Below are positions 1-11,876 of a stretch of 64,000 nt of DNA, one piece after another. The DNA is from Tubulanus polymorphus (Eukaryota; Animalia; Nemertea). Under the pieces are notes generated by a model that was not told where the DNA came from, did not search any database, and worked only from the letters and a program-made list of their open reading frames with translations. Numbering within the stretch: the stretch's first letter is position 1; the number at the start of each line of letters is the position of its first letter. The position numbers and the translations under genes were made by a program. Where the stretch lies: positions 8,812,655-8,876,654 of the forward strand of contig NC_134033.1 in the NCBI RefSeq assembly GCF_964204645.1, written 5' to 3'.

Positions 1-549
1 AGTATTAGTTTGTTAACTGCGGCACAGTGGAGCGTTCGCGTTGAAAACAGTCGTGTGCAGTCGCGTAGGCAATATTGTCTGAGCGAAGATGTAAGTTAGC
101 AATCCTATCGTAAAATTATCAAAATTCATGTCAGTGGATAAACTTTGTTTTGTCAGTAACCGGCACTGGCCTCAACTTTGAAGAACTTGGGAGTTTCTGT
201 CCTGATTGGTGCATATATGAGAATAAAAAACCTACGATGAAACCCAGGCTCTCACCAAGTTTGTACCGTTTCTTAACGGGTCACTCATAGTTTTAGTTAT
301 ACCTCATTCAAGGGATGTATTAAAATCATGAACATTTGTTCGGACAAAAGGCCCATAATCAATTTTTCGAATATATTCTCGTAAAGTCAGTTATCATCTG
401 AAGTTCACACTGACAAGAATTGTGTCCTTTGCATATATTTTTTTCTTGTTTCAATGAAATGAATTTTTGCATACCAGTATGCTACGTGACAGATTTTTTA
501 CTTCCCCACACCAGTTTGGCGCGTGCCACTGGACCATTGGTCCTTTATT
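1..549 (+). mobile_element. HINE (Helentron/DINE-1-like) family F2, 3' part
   Basis: Homologous to 18200-18720 and 49615-50130. Ends in a subTIR-like motif plus the hairpin ggaccattggtcc and a T-run. Confidence 0.75.
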
Positions 550-2233
550 AGCATTGGGTGAGGTCTATGACGTCATGCCAATGCTAGTAAAATTGATCGA
601 AAATAGTAGTACGAAAAAATAGCGCCGACTCTTCTCATTTTCATAACTTCAAATTGTCACTCCGTTCACGTCATGTTCATTAGAAACAGCTGAAAATGAC
701 CAAAAAAAATGTTTCAATTATTCCCCACAACATAGCGTCGCCAGATTTCTGATTTAATGGTCCAAAAAATTATTCGATCGCATTTTCTCGTTCATTATCT
801 GGTAGATGAGAGTGGGTTAAACAATCGCGTAGCGATATGTCCGCGTTGACATTGGCAGTAAAGAATGGGGAACAGCCTCTTCTGAATAGAAAAACATAAA
901 ATTATGTAACTCCGGTTTATAAATATCACAGTGTTTGGATATCACTGTTATTCCAACTATTAGTATCCAATGTATTATTTGGGATTCATTCTCAGCGTCA
1001 GAATACGTATTTCTAGAGCAGTGGAACGGCAGCCTACTCGTGACTGAAACCCATATGTGATCGTGGGGGAAAGCCTTTTCTAAAGTTAAAACCATTTCTA
1101 CGGTAAACGGTAGGCTACCAGCATGATACGATATCACCAATTAAGATAGATCATTTATTCAATTTTACCAGAGTAGTTTATTGGAGGAAAATATCATTGA
1201 TAAGTACGCCGAGAACAACCGTGTTGTATCATCAATCAGTTGACTGACATTGTAAAATTCGATTAAGCTATATTCTAATATAAGTTTTCACTTTAGGACG
1301 CCTTACCCGCCTGCTGCGCACTCATAAGGCGGTAGCACCCTCTTACCCACTCGGTAGAGATTCGCTTTGTAATGCACGCCGGGAAAAAATACCTTTTTTT
1401 ATCTTTTCCATGCATTAAACAACAGTGATTGAATTTACGCGTTGTTTGTCGTAAATTGCAATATTGCGATGGTTATTTGCCGCTGCTGTAGTTTTTTGGA
1501 ATTGAATCGAGCGGTTTCGGTAGCTCAGTGAGATAAGGCGTGATGCTGTTGCATCCACTATCAATGCTGAGTGACAAGTGGGTTTGAGTCCTGCTGGCTG
1601 CGAACAGTGTGCGGGCAACACTTCAAAGGCCGTCCCGTCGTGAGGTTAAATGAACAATCCAATAGGAATAGTCTTGGGAAACCAAGATCCAAACGACGTA
1701 CGTAAAGCCAAACAAACAAAAAGACAAACAAACAATCATCAGCCGGCCTCAGTGACACCAACGCCGGCATCGCTCTCTGCGACGTTTTGCATGCATACAT
1801 GCATCAGAGCTTGGAGCTCTAAGATCAGAGGGTCTTGCAATTGCAATTGCATTCAGAAAAATCGTTCTGTTTTTGTTTTCATTATTCAGTGGGGCCTTAC
1901 AGTTCATGCGTAAAAATGGGTTTTTGTATCCAAATCGTTATTGATATAAATATCTTGGCTGGGACATGATGGAAAACATCAGAATAAACTAGTTTCGTCT
2001 TTTTAACAGAATCACATTAATGAGGTTTAACAGTACAATTAGCCTAGGCTAAATCGTTCGGCAGAAAATAAATTCATTTTCAGGAATAAAATCGTACTAG
2101 ACAAATAGACCTTTAAGTCTGTGGTCCTCCCAATCAACATCGTCATAGAAGAATTGCCGGCAGATGTAATACATTATAACCACTTAATACCACAGTATAA
2201 TCAACCAATGCTTCAAGGCCCATGGGCCTCTTG
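549..2233 (+). mobile_element. HINE family F3 carrying nested insertions
   Basis: 5' inverted repeat tagcattgg...ccaatgcta; 3' ccaatgct plus hairpin aggcccatgggcct. Second copy at 19844-20398. Confidence 0.65.
1510..1738 (+). mobile_element. tRNA-derived SINE
   Basis: A box TAGCTCAGTGA (1521-1531), B box GGTTTGAGTCC (1581-1591), 3' end cgtaaagcc followed by an (AAAC)n-like tail. Confidence 0.7.
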
Positions 2234-2239
2234 TTTTAT

Positions 2240-2736
2240 AGATATATTTCCCGAACTGTAACTATTAAGATTTCTAAATACAAAGCACTTCTTAATTCAA
2301 TGTCAGCAACCTGCCCAATTAACCAATATAACATCTCTTTTTGCAGAATTGAATCTCATTCAAACAAATCTTGTGGACTACTTTGAGACCCTTTCGCTCT
2401 CACAGAAATGCAAATTTTTTTCTTTGGTGACAATCAAACCTTCAACTTTTATAATAATCAGCAAATTATTAAAAATTCAGCTGCATTCATTGTTAAAGCC
2501 CATAGAAACTTCTGAGGACTCTACTTTTTGTTACCACTTTTTTGAATTTTTCTTTTCTCTTTCTGTTTTGTGTTTTCTCTTATGTAAGTTGTATACAAAG
2601 TTTAATTTAATAGGCCTGTTGATAATATATGTTGCTTTTTTCTTTAATACTAATAATGTCCTTATGGACTTCAGTATTGTGTATAAATGTATTTATGTAA
2701 AAAACAAGGCGAAAAAACTTCTTATATAAAAAAAAT
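2240..2736 (+). mobile_element. Decayed LINE 3' end
   Basis: Remnant KHFLIQC...LF...FETLS..K peptide resembling a LINE C-terminal zinc-finger region, then an AT-rich UTR and A-tail at about 2727-2735. Confidence 0.45.
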
Positions 2737-3522
2737 TTTAAGCAAGGGTGATTTGTAAAGGTTTAATTTGATGTAAATGTTTTGTCGTAATAAATTGCCG
2801 ATTCACTGTTTTCGGTTCTCCGTTTGACTGGTTCCCGGTGACCCGGCGGCCCACTTCGAAACTTTAGTCATCAATGTTTCGGAATTTAAAGCGATTTTTA
2901 AGCGGGCTCTTCTAAAATAGTTGATTAAAAAAGTCCATGCTTTTTGGCGTCAACACCTGATATTGAAAAAACCTCGATTTATGTACCCTATATATGATGT
3001 AACGCGAGAATAGGGCCCCGTTTGGGGGCTCGAATCTGCTGCCCCATGTTTCACATAAGCCCTTCTTTGACCCATGTCTGCCACTAGGGCCTCTGTTCAT
3101 TTTCCAAATTATATTGAACTTTTAATTTTCTCAACGAAGTCTCAAGGTCCATGAACCTTTCTTGAATGTTGGATCTTCTCTTTATATCTAGTGATGTACT
3201 ACAAAAGTATTGACCCTTTTTTGGGGATTTGATCACCAGGAATTGTCTCACTTTGTGGGTCCCATATATCTATTAATTAAAAATCCTTCTTCGGGTACGT
3301 TTAATAATCCCTCGAGAGTACCTTAAGCAGTGGGGCCACTAGATATGTGAAGAATGATGAAGTTGAGTTGGAGGCAATCATCGCTCTGGAAGGGATGAGA
3401 AATTTAATATTTTAATGGAGAGACTTATGAGCAAGCCAAATCTTGAACAGGTGTACTTTTCACTAAGCATATCATTTATGGATACACATGTAATTTTATA
3501 TTTTTTGAAATATACATCTTAG

Positions 3523-3701
3523 ATGTCACAGTGTGAACAGCTTGACATTTTATCCGTGGATACATCAATGGTGCAACAATCGACGTCATGATGACCAAAT
3601 TAAGGCCATGCGTTTTCCAGATGCGGATCCCTCTGCAATACCACCAGATGCTAATTTCTCAATGGCTGCTGGTGACTTTCTGGAAGTTTATACTGAACCA
3701 G
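3523..3701 (+). CDS. CARNMT1: Carnosine N-methyltransferase (N2227-like), internal coding exon
   Basis: AG acceptor at 3521-3522 and GT donor at 3702. Translates CHSVNSLTFYPWIHQWCNNRRHDDQIKAMRFPDADPSAIPPDANFSMAAGDFLEVYTEP, matching the CARNMT1 motifs YPWIHQ..NN, FPD and FSMxAGDF. Upstream exons were not found in the window. Confidence 0.95.
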
Positions 3702-5062
3702 GTATGAATTGATTTGACTTTGAATGAATTGATTTTGAGTTCGTTAGGGATTAGTAACTTACAAGACTTGGCCCAAAACTAAACTTAGGCCTAAAGAATA
3801 GAAGAAACAGAAACCTAGTTCAACTCAGGCTTTATATTTCCTATGATACAAAAGAAAGCCCTACACTTGAGGATCATCTTCCAATACCCAAGAATCAGTT
3901 TTCATCCATTTGGGACTTGGGACCTCAAGGGAGATTGCATTCATATTTCCTTCATTGATCCATTCATGAATGGCATACAGTTATTTTGGGATTATTAGTT
4001 ATTTTTAGCCCACTTGGGACTTAAGTCCCAGCAGGCTATTGTGTTCACTTTTTGTCAGTCATCGGTCCATCCGTCCGTAGATGGAATCCAGTTATTTTGG
4101 AAAGTTTTTAAGATGCTTCAATGTAATGTCTTGATATTTGGGCTACACATGTATCTACCCTAGACACATCTTCAGCCCAAAAACTGGCTCTGTCAGAATC
4201 AAGATCGCCGACTGGCAGCCATTGTTGTTCGCCAAAATCAGCACTTTTTACACATTTTTGAACTTTTTGAGGGAAATTTTGAAGACGCATAGATCAATTA
4301 CCTTGATCTTTCGTTTATATTTGAATCCCCCAAGGGTTCATCAGCGTAAAAATATTGGCCCGATCGGATTCAAGATGGCTGTCCTATGACCTTTTTTGTG
4401 AACAAAAATGTCAATTTTGGCTGAATTCTGAGTCCTCTAGCTTCCGACTGGTTTGCCATTTCTCACTGCAATTTGAGATGGGTATTCTTTGGAAAGGGAT
4501 CTATTATACCTGTGACAGGTATTTTTGATCATCCAATTATGATGCAATTGGTGGCCATCTTGGTGTCATCAGTACTCACTGGTAGGCAGAACAAAGTTTT
4601 TCCACATTATATTGATGCCTAAGCATATTTTGTTAGCACAATCAATTGGAAAGTTGTAGCGCATAATGTGTCCTATGATACTGGTGAGTTTCAAGGTCAT
4701 TGCCTTTTGTATATGGCCACCAGGAGGCGTTGAATGATACAATAACTTAGTATTTCTATATTATATTAGTACCTATGCATATTTTGTAACCACAATCAAT
4801 TGCAAAGTTGTAGCTCTTGACATGTTCTATGATTGTGGTAGGTTTTAAGGACATTAGTTCTATATGGTAACCAGGGGGCGTTGAGTTGTAGAATAACTTA
4901 GTATTTCCATATTAAATTGGTAATGAGGCATATTTTGTTGTCACAATCAATAACAAAATCGTAGCTGCTGACATGTTCTATGATTGTGGTGAGTTTCAAG
5001 GTCATCGGCTTTTGTATATTAGCCACCAGGGCGAGTTGAACAATACAATAAGTTAGTATTTT

Positions 5063-8000
5063 TAGGGTTTCTGCTGCTTTGCAGAAACCCTCTTGTAATA
5101 CTCTTGATTATTACCTTTTCCACTTTCCAGACAATTTTTTTTTTCATAATATTTATCTCCTCTCAGATTTGACTACTAACAGCTTATAAACATAATTTTC
5201 ATTTCTGACAGAAATATAACTAAACGTCTGACCATTTTGAATTTGCGTATAGTAATTTATTAGGCCTATGAGTTAATCCCGTGTAATTACCGGTTCTAAA
5301 CAGCGACAAGAATAACGCAAAGCATTGTCATCTATTGATAAAAGTACATCCCGAAAAGCCTACAAATTACCGGACAACCACTAGTGTCAAACTCAATTAT
5401 AAATCACGGATTCGGACTAATTATTAGTCCGGATCCGTGATTTACCTTGAACAATAACTACAGCCGGTGTGCAATAAGTGTTTTATTAATAAAATAACAT
5501 GATGGATGGTTGAAATCATTTTCGGCTTAAATTTATCGCGAGCTTCAGAACTTCAATGAATTTCACGAAACCATGTTCCCTAAAATGAGTCAATTGAATT
5601 ATTCTATCGTAAATCAATTTACGTTGGCTACATTTCCTGGAGATTTCTGGCTCAAATCAACGTAATATGGGCAGAAATGGTAGGAATTTTGATACAGAAT
5701 TTTACTTCCGCGTTCACTTGATCACTCAGATCGATGTCAACGAGAGCAGAGTTTATGTAATCTAAGGTGAGAATCCGTTAACCAGCGAATGTTTTACATG
5801 ATATATATAATATGAGTACTCGGTGAAGGAATGGTCATTGTTGGCTAGCTACTTTCATTAGCACTTTTGGGGGATACGCCTAGATTAGATTTAGGCCCTA
5901 AATGTAGTGAGAAGAGCCAGTGGAAAGCCTAATTAGTTAGTAAGGGGCTGGCTTACACTCTATTTATTTTGATTACTTTCTTTCAAGCTATTATTTGTGG
6001 AATGATCTGGTCACTACGGTCATCAATTCCTTTGCGGATTCTTGTAGCTGGTGGAAATTGATTTAAACCAGAGTGTGCAAGTGTACGTTTCAAATCAAGT
6101 TTTTTGTCATTGTCGTAACTAAGCTCAACTGTCTTAGATGCTGTAAGTACTTGACATTTTGTGTAATTGTTTTTTAGGATCATCTGTGTTGATGGTTATA
6201 GAATGGTCCTGAGAGTAGCTTTCTGTTAGCTCTTGGTGGCACAAATTGTAACCTCTGGATATACAAAGCTGATATTTTGTCAATAGGTGGAAAATGGATG
6301 GTGGAATTGATATGGCCGGTTTCGTCCATCAGCTCTAAGCCATTTGGAAGTACTGGAAGAAAATGTGCATTTCTATAAATTTTTTGCCATTCTACTAATT
6401 GATGCTTGACCCAGTTTTATGACATCACAGGGAAAGCCCTTCAGAAGGGCGAAGGGCTTTCCCAGTGACATCATTATAGAGAACTGTTCTACTACGTACT
6501 TGTGACTCAGTTGATATCCATGGTAATGGGTTTTACACGGTGTACCAGGATGATTTCATCTTTATCAGCTGTTGATACGTAATTGCAAATCCTAGAACAA
6601 ATCAATTTTTCTGCTCAAAATTAAAATGTTCTCAGTTGATCCTACTGGACCCATGGTCTTTTATCTCAATTGCCATGTTTACAATATTTGGATTAGCAAT
6701 CAGTTGTGATATTAACGTACATGCATAATTGTATTCATTGTTATTATGAGATGATAATTCATGGGCGTCAAGAGTCCTGCGACATACCCTTGATATGAAG
6801 CTTTTTAAAGTTTATCAGAGACTTTTTTGGAGTTAACTAAATAGCCCTTGAAATACCAATTCCAGATGGCTTAACAGTGTCTATGCTCTGCGAGACAGTA
6901 GTTATAAATTTTTCACGACAAACGCACGATTTAAATTGGCCTCCTACAATTTCTATTATACTTTCTTTCATTCCTGTATGATATTATATAACTGAGTAAT
7001 TATTTCATTTGATTGCTTAATTACAGGTAGAAAGAGGTCAGATGGCATGAAAATCGACGGTGGCTGACTAATTGGCGCGGGTTGATAAAGCGTTGAGGTT
7101 TTAAAAGGTGTTGCCAAAATACTTGTATCATCAGGGGTAGACAAATTATCCGAACTTGTTGATTGTCAGTTGATTTTGCTGTAATCATTTCGTCTGGATA
7201 AATCGACACATACTTTATTTCAAAATCTGTGTTCAGTGGATATTTCCGTCGAGTACTGTACCCTTTCCTATGGTTTTTGCCAATATTTTCTGAATTTGGA
7301 TTTCTTTCAATGAAATAAAAATCTATTTGACTAATTTTTATGTATTCAAGCTTGTATTTGAATCTGAAATTTAGAAAATTATTGACTCATAATCAAACAT
7401 CCTATTCATTATGAAAATCACAAAACTTGGTATAAGTATAGACATGTGTGTAATATGCCAATCTGCATGATTAGTTCATACAACTGCCACTAGGGGACTG
7501 AAAACAACGATTTTTGCTCGTAGCTCCTTAACCATTGGCGATAGAATCGTGGTTGAAATGTGTGGTTAGTAGGCCTTTGTAAAATACTTGTATTGATGTA
7601 TGGTTTAAGTAGGTAATTTATATGGTTCTCCAGTAGCGCCACCTACAAGTTGCTGGAAAGGTAATAAGCGGATAAAGGGATGTCTATGAAAATTGATACA
7701 CATGTACCTGGATGTAAAATACAACGAACCCCTCACACAATTAGTTCCTATTCTCACCACTATGCGGCATAATTTTAAAAATTCATTTTAGCATCCGTTC
7801 TTCGATTGTAATTCAACCATTTTATTATAGATATCACAAAACCTGGTATGAGTACATTTTGTATAGTATGCTAACCAGCCAAATTAGTTCATACAACTGC
7901 CACTAAGGAATGGTAAAAACACTGTATCATCGTTATATTCAAAGTTAATTTCCCTAAGCTTGGTACATTAGTACTTTGCACTTAGTAGTCATGTGAGTCG

Positions 8001-8474
8001 ACAATATGATCAGTGCTGACCCCTAGGTGGGGCTCTCCTTCAAAAAAATGGTACGCAATGAACTGATTTCAGTGAAATGTTTTGCAAGCTTCCTAGTACG
8101 ACACTTATACGACAGTTATAGATAGGGACTCCTCTAGCGACCCTTTTTTATTGACAAGTTCATTTAAGTATGAACATGTTCTAGTGATTTGGATATCGTC
8201 AGAGCCATCCTTTTCGTTTACTAAAGACATAAACAACGAATGATCAACCGCGTGGCAGCAGTCTTATTTTGTCATTGGAAAATTGGTCTCAGATGCGCCA
8301 AAAACTCCTTGAAATTTCAAAATTTCCTCGGGGAGGGGGCTCCCAAACCCCCTTTAGGGGCTTCGCACCTTCGGTGCTCGCGGCTGCTAGTTAGCCTCTA
8401 ATACTTTATTTCAAATTTTTCCGTGTTTTTTAAATGCCTCTGTTTTCATCCCTGATCACTGCTTTGCAGCTATA
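5063..8474 (+). mobile_element. HINE-like family F5 inserted in a T-run of F1
   Basis: 5' hairpin agggtttctgc/gcagaaaccct; 3' ctgctttgcagctat. The host F1 unit resumes exactly after it. Related termini at 11877 and 14932. Confidence 0.55.
6428..6465. mobile_element. 38-bp hAT-like mini element
   Basis: 15-bp TIR cagggaaagcccttc / gaagggctttcccag (1 mismatch), flanked by the 8-bp direct repeat TGACATCA at 6420-6427 and 6466-6473. Confidence 0.7.
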
Positions 8475-8825
8475 TTTCTATATTATATTCTTACCTATGC
8501 ATATTTTGTTACCAAAATCAAATGGAACGCTGGTCTATTATTGTGGTGAGATTCAAGGTCATTGGTTTTTGTATATGGCCACCAGGGGGCATCGAACAAT
8601 ACAATACATAGTATTTCCTTAAAATATTGGCACCTAGGCATATTTTGTTACCATGATAAATTGAAATGTTGTAGTTCATAACATGTTCTATGATAATGGT
8701 TATTTTCAGTCATTGGGCTTTGCATATGGTCGCTAGGGGGCGTTGTATAGTAGAATAACTTAGTATTTCCATATTATAGTGGTAAATTAGCAAATTATGT
8801 TACCACAATCAATTTCAAAATCGAA

Positions 8826-9654
8826 AAGTCTTTTCACCACGAGTTGACGGGCGGCCTTTCTCCACCTCAAAGAGCAGCTACTGCTGTGAGCTGTAAGATA
8901 AATGCTACACAAATGATCCATCACAGCTGACCCACTGCAGCCTAGAATCCACCAAGAGTGAATAAAACTACACACACAATAAACTTGCATCTGAGCCACT
9001 CAGTTCTTAAATATTACACAAGTCAGTTTAAAATGCAAATGATTTGGTTGAAAAATTCATTATAATATCAGCAATCATTCTTCCTCTGAATCAGATTCAA
9101 ACTCGGTATATAACATGGATGCATCAGCAAAAGATAGTGACTGGGTAGAAGATTGGAGCTATCTGTGCCATCTTATGATCTAGATATAATAGTGCCACTT
9201 CAATGGGTGAAAACCACGAAAATAACCATATTTCAGTTATGTAAATACATAGCTGTGAAAACACATTACAAAGATATGTGACTTGACATGTGTTAAACTC
9301 AGAAATATCTTCCTTCATTCATTTAATGCTTTGTAAAATAAGCAAAATCCTCGAAAATTCTCTGCTTTTAACAACTGCAACTGTTTTATAGGGATCACTG
9401 CCAGGCTTTGCCATCCATCAACTCTATGCATCATTCAAGAAGAGTGTATAAAACAACAAGATAAACTTATATTCTATATTCCTAAGACTGCATGTCTTGC
9501 GATATCTTGCTAGTTATGCACTCTTGCTGAATCTGAGTACAAAATCATAGCAACAAGCCACTTAACTGGCATGCACTCTGACACAGAGTTCAGTACCGTA
9601 AAGTGATACCTCTGTGGTCAAAAAGCCGCCCGTCAACTCGTTGTGAATAGACTT
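8826..9654. mobile_element. MITE with ~30-bp TIRs at a TA target (Tc1/mariner-like)
   Basis: TIR aagtct(t/a)ttcac(c/a)acgagttgacgggcggc. It splits the host sequence aaaatcgTAgctgctgac; the left TA reads AA. Confidence 0.8.
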
Positions 9655-9889
9655 TAGCTGCTGACATGTTCTATGATTGTGGTGAGTTTCAAGGTCATTG
9701 AATTTTTTCAAGGTCATTGGATGGGGGCATCGATTATTGAAATTGTTATATTGTTAAGCATTTGAAACCACTTTCTAGTGGGCATGTTGTCCCTGGACCC
9801 CTAGTGTTATTTTGTAATCTCTGATGGATTTTTGTGGTTGAGTTGCCTAGCAACGCTGACCTCTATGTTTGAGTGGTTTGACTTGCACT

Positions 9890-11224
9890 TCATTTTCCCA
9901 GTTTTCTCTGTTATTTGACACAAGATAGCTTTGTTACTTGCTCAGTCAGTCGCAAATTTGTTGCGCTTTCTTGAGTTTGTTGAAAGAATGAATTTATTTC
10001 TGAAAGAAGAAATTGAAGGAAATCTGTAAAATGATAATTAATTTCCCACCTGATGTCATATCTGGATATCCCTTGACTTTTGCGCACCGATATGGCTTGG
10101 TGGTTGGCCTTTCTAAAAAACGGAATTCATACTCGTTGAGGTGTGCCGCTACTTGTTGTATTGTATATCGTAGGCCGAGAAAAATTTTTTGATGTAATTT
10201 CAATTAACAACATATGTTTGGTTATGATATGGAGCCCGGGCAAGCACATAAAACCAGCACTTCTCATGCATGTAAGAAGCGAAGATTTGTGTTCAGAAAT
10301 CTGGTTCATCATGTATCACGTGACTAATACAGTTTTCAAATCCTCACAGAACTAAATGAAATTAATTATTTTCATTCGATTTACTCTAACTAAAATTCAG
10401 AGAAAGATGAGAAAGATTAAAAAGCATCTTACACCCTGCTGAAAATTCCATGTTGAGGCGCGACGTAGTTTGCAATATTTACTGCAGAGCTGTGATGATA
10501 GCGCCCTCGTTTTAGTGACACGTGTAGCTCACCAAAATCAACGAAGCCATTAATCTTAAGATAAAGAATTATCTATTAATAGAAAAAGATTTGTTTGAAA
10601 ATATTTGAACTAAGATTATTATGCATATACCCGGGGTTATCTTGACGAGAAAAACGTTAGTATCAATATGCAGATTAATTTCTAACAATACTAAATTGCG
10701 TTAAAAAACACCATACAGGCGGAACAATACTTTACTTCCTGGTTTTATTTTTAGATCTAAAATTGTATTTCAAGAGCGATTTCTGTTTTTTTAGTTGATT
10801 TGGTTTTGGGGAGGAATATTTTTATTAGCACTACAGAAAATATCATTGACCATTATGCAAAGTCCAGAAAAATAGCTTTTTCTTAAATCGGATGGATGAC
10901 CTTGATATGCTAATTAGCCATGTGCTCAAACTACAAATTCAATCAAATTTTGTTCTGCAAAAAATATCAAATCCAATTCAATTTTGTTTTATACAATTCA
11001 ATTCTATTCCGCATTAAAATCAATAAGACCAAGGGAAAAGATTTATCTGAGGTATTTGTTCCTGCTAGATCCAGTCGCTGTCTGTGCTACTTTTGTATTC
11101 TACGATTGTATTGTGTAAATTATTGGGTATTGACTCTCAGTGTATTTTGACAAATTTAACCCACAGAATTTGCCATTTTATGAAAAGCTGACAGGCTGGC
11201 CATAGTGCCCCTTGGGGCTCTTGT
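9890..11224 (+). mobile_element. Interspersed repeat family F4 with HINE-like 3' end
   Basis: Homologous to about 28210-29900 and 45170-45985. The 3' end ggctggcc plus gccccttggggc hairpin is shared with 45953-45985. Confidence 0.6.
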
Positions 11225-11876
11225 TATCATCCCTTGAAAATGAGAGGATAGTGGTTATAGCCTTCAGGAAAAGTTGAGATTGCTAAATGGTAAAAGCGTC
11301 TTACAAAACCTGTGCTATAATCTCTGGCATCGAGAAGAACACAAAGCACTGTATTGGTTTAATATAATGATAATTATGTTATCTGTGTTAGGTGAATATA
11401 TGAGAGAAATCCCACAATATATTTAGCCAAAGATGAAAAGTTCTTGAATATTTTGAGCAGCGCTTTGGCAGACTATTAGCCATCATCATCTATATTAGCC
11501 GACTTGGTCACTTCATTTGACTAACACCATCCAGCCCAGCTTGAATTGCTAGACATTCAACACAAGCAATGCACCCTTACACATCAAATTGATACGCCCT
11601 TGCCATTCTGACAAAAGCTTAATGTCGAGAGAACGATGAAGTCAGCGTTGATACAGGCGTGGATACAGACAGCAGATCGATTGTTGCATGAGGAGTATGT
11701 TGTGGTTCACTTTTTCGGTAATAATGGGTGTCTTCTTAACCTGGCTAACTAAATAACTTGTAATAATTTGTGGTTATTATGGATACCTGAGATGTCCTTG
11801 ATGAAAACGAAATCATCAATAGCATTTTCTTGCTAATTAATTGAAAGCTATTTTTTCTTATCTTGAAAAGGATTTT

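Larger units (their letters stand above)
4006..9805 (+). mobile_element. HINE family F1 copy A, interrupted at 5063-8474 and 8826-9654
   Basis: 5' tagcccacttgggac/gtcccag inverted repeat, (GTCC)n-like microsatellite, internal tandem units of about 154 bp, and 3' subTIR agtgggc plus gtccctggac hairpin and ctagt. Homologous copies occur elsewhere in the window. Confidence 0.8.

Noticed and set aside
1510-1600. Functional tRNA gene
   Set aside because: No convincing cloverleaf or acceptor stem; it continues into a SINE body and tail.
4620-5060. Regular repeats as a CRISPR array (also 19130-19740 and 33590-33832)
   Set aside because: Whole units repeat with no unique spacers, there are no cas genes, and the context is eukaryotic.
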